From assembly GCA_036478815.1 (NCBI GenBank), contig JAZGEP010000209.1, positions 1 through 51,511 of the forward strand: a stretch of DNA of 51,511 nucleotides. Reading direction: 5' to 3'. Source of the DNA: Methylococcales bacterium (GTDB lineage Bacteria; Pseudomonadota; Gammaproteobacteria; Methylococcales; DRLZ01). The position numbers were made by a program, and so were the translations under genes. The stretch's first letter is position 1, and each line of letters starts with the position of its first letter. Shown here in pieces: positions 37,636-45,548 of the stretch. The notes beneath the pieces were generated by a model. It did not search any database and was not told where the DNA came from. It saw only the letters and a list, made by a program, of their open reading frames with translations.

Positions 37636-38399
37636 TCGTAACCACTAGCAATATCTTCCAGAGTATCACTATCCAGAATGGTGATGCTGAGGCTTTGTCC
37701 CCCAAGAGAGACTAATCCTTGTTTTTTCCATTTATTAAATTGTCTGTTAACGCTTTCACGCGTGGTACCAATCTCATTTGCTATGTCTTGTTGCGATTTT
37801 TTCCAGTCTAAATAGACGCCTTCAGGCGTTTCTTCTCCTGTTATTTCTGCTGCTTTAATCAACAAACGCGCCAGACTCACAGAAACAGGTAGTAAACCGA
37901 GAACTTCTACTCTATCGTTGGTATCTCTCAACTTCTTACACAAAACTTTCAGCCAGTGAATAGCGATATCAGGATTTTTTTTCAAAAAAGGCAAAAAATC
38001 ACCGCTTCTGATCGTCAATAGCGTCGTTTCTCCAATTGCCGTAGCCGTTGCCGAACGCTGCATGCCATCGATAAAGGCAATTTCACCAAATATTTCTCCT
38101 CGAAATGTAGTATTTAAAATAATTTCTTTACCATCATCCGAGCTGGTGCTGATACGCACTTTGCCATCTAATACTGCCAACAGACTATCTCCGAAATCTC
38201 CTTTTTGAAAGATGATTTGCCCATTCGAATAATGATTCTCAGAAGAAAAAGACAAGATTTTATCGAGTTCTTCAGCAGTTATTCCTCTGAAAAAAATGTT
38301 GTTTGCCAGTAAATTTCGTTTGTCAGGGAGCAAATATGTCACAACGACTTTTCTCCTTCGGCGTAAATGGTTTGACAGATTGACACTATGATAGAACAA
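37632..38399 (-). CDS. Crp/Fnr-family cNMP-binding transcriptional regulator
   Basis: cNMP pocket FGEIAFIDGMQRSATATA. HTH SQQDIANEIGTTRESVNRQF, whose recognition helix RESVNR (37743-37760) keeps the R-E-x-x-x-R pattern of E. coli CRP (RETVGR). The ORF-track start is TTG 38399; GTG 38342 after GAAGGAGA is an alternative. Confidence 0.85.
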   Translation of the reverse strand: MFYHSVNLSNHLRRRRKVVVTYLLPDKRNLLANNIFFRGITAEELDKILSFSSENHYSNGQIIFQKGDFGDSLLAVLDGKVRISTSSDDGKEIILNTTFRGEIFGEIAFIDGMQRSATATAIGETTLLTIRSGDFLPFLKKNPDIAIHWLKVLCKKLRDTNDRVEVLGLLPVSVSLARLLIKAAEITGEETPEGVYLDWKKSQQDIANEIGTTRESVNRQFNKWKKQGLVSLGGQSLSITILDSDTLEDIASGYE

Positions 38400-38688
38400 G
38401 TGGTGTTAGATTATTTCTGTACTCTCGGGTGATGAGGTATTACAAACGAAATATTAGCATTTTGTCAGTGTGATGGTTCGTGTGAACCAAGTGAAAATAT
38501 TAGCCGTAGTCTTTCTACAGCAAGGTTTTCGAAAACGACTGTTTGCGAAGCGGCTGAACTGGATGAACAGTGGTTACATGTCTGCAAGAAATCAAATCAA
38601 CGTTGGATATTATATGTCGTTGATTATGCTGAAAATACTGTGCTTGCCTCTGTTTTCGGTCTATGTAAAGATGTTGTTTTCAAGGAAT

Positions 38689-38857
38689 TTAAGGTGGTTT
38701 GACGAAACAAAGTTACCAACCTTGCTGGTCTTATTGTTCCTGACCAACGCAATCTCAATCGATACGTAGAATGACTATGTGCCTCTTGAGATAGTTCGGC
38801 CAGAATCAAAAATCCTGCGTCAAACTTTCGTATATTATTAATATCCTCGCTCCTAAG
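38689..38857. repeat. MITE, core-1, B-type left terminus, right end replaced or degenerate, ending in an E-type motif
   Basis: TTAAGGTGGTTTGACGAAACAAAGTTACCAACCTTGCTGG ... CAAAAATCCTGCG, then TTAATATCCTCGCTCCTAAGG. Confidence 0.7.
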
Positions 38858-39457
38858 GCCTTACTTGAGTCCTTCAATCTTAGTCGTAATAACACCGATG
38901 ATTGAGGAGCCTATGAGCGACATCTCGCGACTGAAAAACATGAAATATGTAAAACAAGCACACAAAAAATTGAACGCAAGAATCATAATTTTAGAACGTG
39001 GATTAAACGCTTGGCGCGTCGAACAATCTGTTTTTCCAAGCGGGAAAAAATGCATGATATTGTGATTGGATTACTCATCAATAAAGTGGAATTCGGGTGA
39101 GACATTCATGCCCACAACAAGTTTAACCCACTACCAGCACAAGGAGCGATTGTTTAGCGATTGTTTCATGTTAGACCTTCCAAATAGAAAGCAATGAGAT
39201 TTATCAGAAAAAATTACTTTTTGATTGTTATCTATTGACTGTATTGTTCGTTTCTATGGTACCGTAGAAGCAATAGTCAGAGTAAGAATTTATTAACATT
39301 CAGAAGTTTGACGTAGAATTTTGGTTTCAGAGGAGTGTCAATAAAACAGTTGCGTACAGGCTGCGTCATTCTTGTTCAACGTAGCGATTGAAAATATAGT
39401 CCGTTCCATCAGTTAAACATACTGATTTCTGTAGTTGTTCCCCCCGCACGTTCCGAA

Positions 39458-41623
39458 ATGAAATCTATCGAAAATACTTTTAAACCTGCAATACCACCAA
39501 AGCTATCAAGCATGATTCAATATTCCACTCAAACGGGTAAGCGTTACCCACCCGGAGCATCAACAACGCCTGGTGGTGTCAACTTTTGCATTTTCTGTCG
39601 GCACGCGGCGGATGTCGAACTGCTGTTATATGAGCGGTGTGATAGCCTCAAGCCATTCCAGATAATCATTCTTGATCCCGACATTAATCGAACGTTTTTC
39701 TTCTGGCATGTTTTTGTTGAAAATCTGCCGTCAGAAACCGCATATACTTGGCGCGTGGGTGGCCCCGGTGATACTCGCAACACTGGATTTCGTTTCGACA
39801 AACGCAGGCAATTACTCGATCCTTGGGCGCGTGCAGTGAGCGATAAGTTGTGGGATCGCAATCAGGCTTCCGATCCAAATCAGGAATCACCTTACTCAAT
39901 GCGTGCTATTGTTGCAAATGACACAGACTACAACTGGGAAGGTGATCAGCCTATCAACCGCTCGTTGGAAACGAGTATTATTTACGAACTTCATGTCGGC
40001 GGTTTTACAAGAGACAAAAGCGCAAAAGTCGAATATCCAGGTACCTTTCGCGGTGTGATTGAGAAAATACCTTATCTCAAGCAACTGGGTATTACCGCAG
40101 TTGAATTGCTACCGATTATGGCGTTCGACGAACAGGATATTCCAAAAGGGACGCAAAACCTGGGCCTTAACAACTATTGGGGCTATAGTACTCATAGTTT
40201 TTACAGTCCGCATCCTGGTTATTGCATCACTCCCGAAAAAGCCACCCATGGACATGAATTTCGTGACATGGTTAAAGCACTACATAACACAGGTATTGGC
40301 GTTATTCTGGATGTCGTGTTTAATCATACTGCTGAAGGCGGTGCAGATGGCCCGATGATTAATTTCAAGGGTTTCGGCAATCAAGATTTTTATCATCTCG
40401 ATGAAAAGGATCGTCGTATTTATAAGGATTTTACTGGTTGCGGCAATACCGTTAATTGTAACCATCCAATGATGGCAGCTCTGATAGTAGAGTGCCTGGA
40501 ATATTGGGTTCGTGAATTTCACATCGACGGTTTTCGTTTCGATTTGGCCAGTATCTTTTCGCGCGGTGAAGATGGCGAGCCAATGCATCATGCGCCAGTT
40601 TTGTGGAATATCGAATTTTCAGACATTCTGGCACATACCAAATTGATCGCTGAGGCATGGGATGCTGCTGGACTTTATCAAGTGGGTAATTTCCCCGGTT
40701 TTCGTTGGTCAGAGTGGAACGGTTGTTATCGCGATGTGATGCGTCGTTTTGTGCGTGGCGATTGTGGTTTGATCAGTGAGGTCGCAACTCGCCTCAGCGG
40801 CAGTAGTGATTTTTATAAAGCCAATGGACGCTTACCTATTAACAGTATCAACTTTGTGACTTGTCATGACGGTTTTACTCTGAATGATCTTGTCAGTTAC
40901 GACCACAAGCATAATGAAGGCAATGGTGAAAATAACCAGGATGGCAGTAATGAAAACTATAGCCATAATTATGGTCACGAAGGTCCGACTAACAGTACAG
41001 AAATTGAATATTTACGCAGATGCCAGGCGAAAAATGTTATGGCAATATTACTGCTCAGCCAGGGTGTTCCAATGTTACTTGCTGGTGACGAAGTACTGAG
41101 AAGCCAGGGAGGAAACAACAATGCCTATTGTCAGGACAATGAAGTCAGCTGGTTCGATTGGCGATTATTGACTAAAAACCAGGATATGTTTCGCTTTGTG
41201 CAACAAATGATCGCTTTGCGCAAACGTCATCCAAATTTAATGCGCCAACGGTTTTTAACGGGAGAAAAAAATAGTCAACGACCTCGAGCAGATATCAGCT
41301 GGCACGGTTATGCGCTTAATGAACCACTCTGGGATGATCCCGATGCCTGCTATCTGGCTTTTACCCTTGATGCTGTGAGTGATTCCGAAGAGCCGCTCTA
41401 TGTGATGATTAATATGGGTGAAAATCCTGTGGAAGCACCCATGCCAAATTTACCCAACTATTCTTGGTATCTGGCTGTCGATACCAGCCATCAAAGTCCA
41501 CAAGATATTATCGAGCCTTCCCAGCAAACCCAATTGACACAATCGCACTATGTTGTGACACCACACTCTGTCGTTGTGTTAGAAGGCTGGGCAGATGCCG
41601 TTCAACGGTTAACGCCCTTGTAA
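39458..41623 (+). CDS. glgX: glycogen debranching enzyme (isoamylase-type, GH13)
   Basis: 721 aa. PPGASTTPGGVNFCIF N-domain, GH13 regions VILDVVFNHT, GFRFDLAS, EAWD, FVTCHDGFTLNDLVSY. ATG 39512 is an alternative start. Confidence 0.95.
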   Translation: MKSIENTFKPAIPPKLSSMIQYSTQTGKRYPPGASTTPGGVNFCIFCRHAADVELLLYERCDSLKPFQIIILDPDINRTFFFWHVFVENLPSETAYTWRVGGPGDTRNTGFRFDKRRQLLDPWARAVSDKLWDRNQASDPNQESPYSMRAIVANDTDYNWEGDQPINRSLETSIIYELHVGGFTRDKSAKVEYPGTFRGVIEKIPYLKQLGITAVELLPIMAFDEQDIPKGTQNLGLNNYWGYSTHSFYSPHPGYCITPEKATHGHEFRDMVKALHNTGIGVILDVVFNHTAEGGADGPMINFKGFGNQDFYHLDEKDRRIYKDFTGCGNTVNCNHPMMAALIVECLEYWVREFHIDGFRFDLASIFSRGEDGEPMHHAPVLWNIEFSDILAHTKLIAEAWDAAGLYQVGNFPGFRWSEWNGCYRDVMRRFVRGDCGLISEVATRLSGSSDFYKANGRLPINSINFVTCHDGFTLNDLVSYDHKHNEGNGENNQDGSNENYSHNYGHEGPTNSTEIEYLRRCQAKNVMAILLLSQGVPMLLAGDEVLRSQGGNNNAYCQDNEVSWFDWRLLTKNQDMFRFVQQMIALRKRHPNLMRQRFLTGEKNSQRPRADISWHGYALNEPLWDDPDACYLAFTLDAVSDSEEPLYVMINMGENPVEAPMPNLPNYSWYLAVDTSHQSPQDIIEPSQQTQLTQSHYVVTPHSVVVLEGWADAVQRLTPL

Positions 41624-41640
41624 TCGATACTGAAAACAAT

Positions 41641-41799
41641 TTGGAGCGAGGATTTAATAACTTCCGGAAGTTTGGTGTAGAGTCTTGATTTTACAGGAGT
41701 ATTCAGCGGAATAGGCGCGTCAGGTTATGTGACGATTGTATTAGCGTTTCTGTGGAGCCAAAAGGCAAGTCAAAATCCGGAAGTTATTCCATGCACGTT
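41641..41799. mobile_element. I-type repeat element (AATAACTTCCGG inverted ends) with E-type and A-type outer ends
   Basis: GGAGCGAGGATTTAATAACTTCCGGAAGTTTGG ... ATTAGCGTTTCTGTGGAGCCAAAAGGCAAGTCAAAATCCGGAAGTTATTCCATGCACGTTT. Confidence 0.65.
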
Positions 41800-41914
41800 T
41801 GTCATTTGCAAGAAAAAATCCAACGACTGACTTGCTTTTTTTCCGCGCCTCATAAAATTCCCTGTGAATCAAAAAGGTAATACGGTCATCTCATCAACTG
41901 TTGAGAAATATGGG

Positions 41915-42259
41915 CTAGAATGTGCCAGAATTCCATCCCCATAGATGCCGTGAATTATTAATAAATTCAATATAAATTCTTTCGGGGTCAATTCCAAGAG
42001 CCTGATTGAGAAAATCACATAAATCCGCCGAAAAACCTGCAGTGTCTTTTTCCGGCAATCCAATACTTTTTAATTCAACATAAGCTGCAGGCTCAATTGA
42101 ACCTGACATTGACAGGCTTTGACCTGAGGCAATTTCGACAAATACATAACGTTCGGGTTTTGAGAGCAACTGACTCACTGTATCTGACGCTTGGTTGAGA
42201 AAATCTTTTTTATCACTCTCACTCATAGTGAGGTTGGTACTGACTTTAAAATATGGCAT
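41915..42259 (-). CDS. MIF / phenylpyruvate tautomerase-family protein
   Basis: 114 aa from ATG 42259 (AAGGAG 7 nt upstream), beginning MPYFKVSTN. It aligns by eye along its length with macrophage migration inhibitory factor (MPMFIVNTN ... P-RIYI-F ... GWN..TF). Confidence 0.8.
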   Translation of the reverse strand: MPYFKVSTNLTMSESDKKDFLNQASDTVSQLLSKPERYVFVEIASGQSLSMSGSIEPAAYVELKSIGLPEKDTAGFSADLCDFLNQALGIDPERIYIEFINNSRHLWGWNSGTF

Positions 42260-42361
42260 ATCACTTCTCCTTTGGGGGTGTGGATGAAATAACTTGTGCA
42301 ATTATGGGGCAGGAAATTTATTAGTCTTCAAGGCGTGGAAACTGGCGTATTGAGCTATGTA

Positions 42362-42437
42362 ACGAATTTAATTGGAAAAATGGGCCAAAATCCGCTTTTC
42401 TGTAGTAGGCTCTCTATTCTCGGGCAGCCTCCTAGGG
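42362..42437. repeat. C-type MITE half-copy (reverse orientation)
   Basis: ACGAATTTAATTGGAAAAATGGGCCAAAATCCGCTTTTCTGTAGTAGGCTCTCTATTCTCGGGCAGCCTCCTAG equals the reverse complement of the left half of 4147-4312. Confidence 0.8.
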
Positions 42438-42726
42438 TCTTTGGATTATTGTTTCTTAATAAGAATTAACAATCAATCCGTGTGATAATTGATCATTCGC
42501 GGCGATAATAAAAACTGGTATTATACTCAGGTACACTGCCTAAGTTCTGCAAGCAATTGCGCATATTGATCGTAAGGTATTGATTGGTTGGGTTAATTAA
42601 AACCTGAGTCAGTTCTTGTTGTGATCGCTGGAAATTTTCATTTATTCTATGGGTTAACAGCTTGTACACATAGAGCACAAGCATTTGCACGTTCCTTACT
42701 AGTGATTATTGACAAATTTTAAGTTT

Positions 42727-43779
42727 ATGAAGCAATCCACTCAACAAGCACCTGGCCCGGTCATGCTGGATATTGCAGGTATTGATCTGACGGCTATTGA
42801 ACGTGAAATGCTGGCACATCCCAGTACAGGCGGGGTAATCCTGTTCGCCAGAAATTACTATTCACCAGAACAAATTTCCAGTTTGATTGAACTAATCAGG
42901 GCAAGTCGACAAGGTCCACTACTCATTGCTGTAGATCAAGAAGGCGGGCGTGTGCAGCGTTTTAAACAAGGTTTTTCGTTGCTGCCTCCGGCCAGTTACT
43001 ATGTCAGTTCTGCACTGAATTCAGAACAGGGTGCATTAGAAAATACACAAGCAGCTGGATGGTTGATGGCGTCTGAATTACTCTCGGTCGGTGTTGACTT
43101 CAGCTTCGCTCCAATTCTTGATATTGAAGCCGGCATCAGCAAAGTAATTGGCGATCGCGCTTTTGCTGACGATAAAGACAGAGTATGCAATTTCGCGACA
43201 GCATTCCGAACAGGAATGCGTAGTGCTGGGATGTCAGCAGTTGGCAAGCATTTTCCTGGACATGGCAATGTAGCACTTGACTCCCATCTTGATCTTCCTC
43301 AAGATCTACGTTCATTAGAAGTCATTGAGCAGCATGATCTGGTGCCATTCTGGCATTTGATCAAACAAGGCCTGGAAGGAATTATGACTGCTCATATTCT
43401 CTACCCTGAAGTGGATGATAAACCAGCAACTTATTCAACGCGCTGGATTACTGAGATTCTCCGCCAGCAACTCAATTTTAACGGAGTGATTTTTACTGAC
43501 GATTTGAATATGGGTGGTGCAGCGTTTGCTGCTACGTTTGGGGAACGCGCTAATTTGGCATTGACTGCTGGTTGCGATATGGTGCTAATCTGCAATAACC
43601 CAGATGCGGCTGCTGATATTCTTGATCACTTACCCATAACAAGGGATGAACAACGTACCCAGCGTTTGCTAACCATGTTACACAGTAGCTCATTCTCACG
43701 CGATGAATTGTTTGCCAGCACGCAATGGCAGCAAGCTGCATTAGGGCTTCAGCAGAGCGCCAAAAACCTTAGTGCTTGA
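42727..43779 (+). CDS. nagZ: beta-N-acetylhexosaminidase (peptidoglycan recycling)
   Basis: GPVMLDIAGIDLTAIEREMLAHPSTGGVILFARNY parallels the E. coli NagZ N-terminus. KHFPGHG motif. I prefer ATG 42727 over the TTG at 42709. Confidence 0.93.
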   Translation: MKQSTQQAPGPVMLDIAGIDLTAIEREMLAHPSTGGVILFARNYYSPEQISSLIELIRASRQGPLLIAVDQEGGRVQRFKQGFSLLPPASYYVSSALNSEQGALENTQAAGWLMASELLSVGVDFSFAPILDIEAGISKVIGDRAFADDKDRVCNFATAFRTGMRSAGMSAVGKHFPGHGNVALDSHLDLPQDLRSLEVIEQHDLVPFWHLIKQGLEGIMTAHILYPEVDDKPATYSTRWITEILRQQLNFNGVIFTDDLNMGGAAFAATFGERANLALTAGCDMVLICNNPDAAADILDHLPITRDEQRTQRLLTMLHSSSFSRDELFASTQWQQAALGLQQSAKNLSA

Positions 43780-44318
43780 TGACTCCAGAGGAAATCATTC
43801 AAGTTCAAAACAATGCAGATTGCCTTTATTCTGCTGATCAGCTAGATGCTGCAATCGACAATATGGCACAAGCAATTAACCAACGGCTATATGCTCAAAA
43901 CCCCTTGTGCTTATGCGTCATAAACGGTGCAATAGTGTTAACCGGAAAACTACTACCGTTATTAACTTTCCCGTTAAATCTCGACTGCGTTAATGCGAGT
44001 CGATACGGCGAGCTGACATATGGCAATGAGATTGAATGGTTGTATCGACCAGCCACATCGGTTGCTAACCGAACGATTCTGATTTTTGATGATATCTTGG
44101 ATCAAGGTACTACACTAGCTGCCGTAAAAGAAGATTGTATGAAGCGTGGTGCAACAAAAATTTACAGCGCTGTATTGGTGAATAAATTGATTGGTCAGGA
44201 AAAACCAATTAAAGCAGACTTTATCGGTGTGAATGCTGAGAATCGTTATTTATTTGGTTACGGAATGGATTACAAAGGTTATTTGCGCAATGCCCCTGGC
44301 CTATTTGCTTGTAACTAA
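43776..44318 (+). CDS. purine phosphoribosyltransferase (hypoxanthine-guanine PRTase-like)
   Basis: 180 aa with PRPP-binding loop ILIFDDILDQGTTL. 4-bp overlap with the nagZ stop. Confidence 0.8.
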   Translation: MMTPEEIIQVQNNADCLYSADQLDAAIDNMAQAINQRLYAQNPLCLCVINGAIVLTGKLLPLLTFPLNLDCVNASRYGELTYGNEIEWLYRPATSVANRTILIFDDILDQGTTLAAVKEDCMKRGATKIYSAVLVNKLIGQEKPIKADFIGVNAENRYLFGYGMDYKGYLRNAPGLFACN

Positions 44319-44417
44319 GGGATGAAAGTTAAATAACTTATACATTCTGAGCAGTTACAGATTACGCTGAGTCGTTACAATTAATTATGCACAGGTACTC
44401 AGGTATCACTCATCGAC

Positions 44418-45152
44418 ATGTCGACAATTGCAATCATTGGTGGATCTGGTCTAACCCAGCTGGGTGGTTTTATCCTAAGCCACCAGGAAATCATCGAAAC
44501 TCCATGGGGTGATCCATCTGCCCCCTTATTTTTTGGGAGCCTGGCTGGTAAACAGATAATTTTTCTGCCGCGACATGGCGCAGAACACAGTATTGCACCT
44601 CACAAAATTAACTATCGTGCCAACATCTGGGCATTAAACCAAGCAGGTGTTCAATCAATCATAGCGATTGCTGCTGTTGGTGGTATTCACTCTGAAGCTC
44701 AGCCGGCAAGCATCGTCATTCCCGATCAAATCATCGACTATAGTTGGGGGCGTGCGTCAACTTATTTTGAAGACCCGCAAACCCCAGTCACCCATATTGA
44801 TTTCAGTTGGCCTTACAGCGAATCATTGCGAAAAAAGTTAATTAACACAGCTAAAAACAGCGGTATTTCTGTTATTCCAAGCGGTGTATATGGGTGTACA
44901 CAAGGCCCGAGACTGGAAACAGCCGCAGAAATTGTTCGCATGGAAAAAGATGGTTGTACGCTGGTTGGCATGACCGGCATGCCTGAAGCCGCTCTCGCAC
45001 GTGAACTGGAAATAAATTATGTGTGCTGTGCAGTGGTCGCCAATATCGCAGCGGGAAAAACAGATCAGGTTATTACAATGGATGAGATAGAAAAGCATTT
45101 GCACACAGGAATCAACAATACTTATCAGTTGTTACAAGCATTCCTTATTTGA
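44418..45152 (+). CDS. mtnP: S-methyl-5'-thioadenosine/thioinosine phosphorylase (PNP family 2)
   Basis: 244 aa. IAIIGGSGL, FLPRHGAEHSIAPHKINYRANIWAL and GMTGMPEA are typical of MTAP-type phosphorylases. Confidence 0.85.
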   Translation: MSTIAIIGGSGLTQLGGFILSHQEIIETPWGDPSAPLFFGSLAGKQIIFLPRHGAEHSIAPHKINYRANIWALNQAGVQSIIAIAAVGGIHSEAQPASIVIPDQIIDYSWGRASTYFEDPQTPVTHIDFSWPYSESLRKKLINTAKNSGISVIPSGVYGCTQGPRLETAAEIVRMEKDGCTLVGMTGMPEAALARELEINYVCCAVVANIAAGKTDQVITMDEIEKHLHTGINNTYQLLQAFLI

Positions 45153-45177
45153 GAATGTATCATGCTTTACAGACTAC

Positions 45178-45354
45178 TAAGGAACGTGCATGAATTAACT
45201 TGAACATTTTGGCTAGTCCTTTTGTTCGTCTTCCTTTAACCGTCAATATAGCCTTGACCGGAGTATTGAGTCCGCATTTCTCACCAGTCTGATGAGAAAT
45301 GCGGGTTAGTTAATTGTGCTATGCAACTGCTGTCGCAACTTTGAAGACGAAACC
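45178..45354. repeat. disrupted A-type/core-2 MITE carrying an internal foreign segment
   Basis: TAAGGAACGTGCATGAATTAACTTGAACA...GTCCTTTTGTTCGTCTTC, then ~80 bp of unrelated sequence with the hairpin CCGCATTTCTCA...TGAGAAATGCGG, then TGCTATGCAACTGCTGTCGCAACTTTGAAGACGAAA. Confidence 0.6.
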
Positions 45355-45517
45355 TTAGGCAATTGGAAAAATAACCCACCCACCTTACTTGCCTTTTTGT
45401 CCGTCTTCGATCTTGTTGCTTCGGATACATAGCTTGCTATGTGCTCTACGCAACAAGATCGAAGACAAACAAAAATTCTTTGCAATATGGGTGAGTTATT
45501 TATTTCCAGTTGCCTAA
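45355..45517. mobile_element. MITE, core-2, G-like termini, inserted at the end of the disrupted copy
   Basis: TTAGGCAATTGGAAAAATAAC ... GATACATAGCTTGCTATGTGCTC ... GTTATTTATTTCCAGTTGCCTAA. Confidence 0.85.
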
Positions 45518-45548
45518 AGACAGGCAAACGATTTGTGCCTGTCTGTGG

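Noticed and set aside
38466-38490. TGTGATGGTTCGTGTGAAC upstream of the crp-like gene as a possible autoregulatory site
   Set aside because: It is a direct repeat of TGTGA rather than an inverted repeat, so it does not fit the TGTGA-N6-TCACA architecture.
38913-39065. 50-aa basic ORF MSDISRLKNMKYVKQAHKKLNARIIILERGLNAW... preceded by GAGGAG
   Set aside because: The SD spacing is only 3 nt and no family is recognised. It lies in a region with MITE debris. It could be real, but the evidence is insufficient.
45262-45290. CTGATGAG followed by GAAA-like sequence, superficially like a hammerhead ribozyme core
   Set aside because: There is no stem II hairpin between CUGAUGA and GAAA, and no stems I/III with a cleavage triplet. 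The sequence is simply one arm/loop of a 12-bp hairpin.
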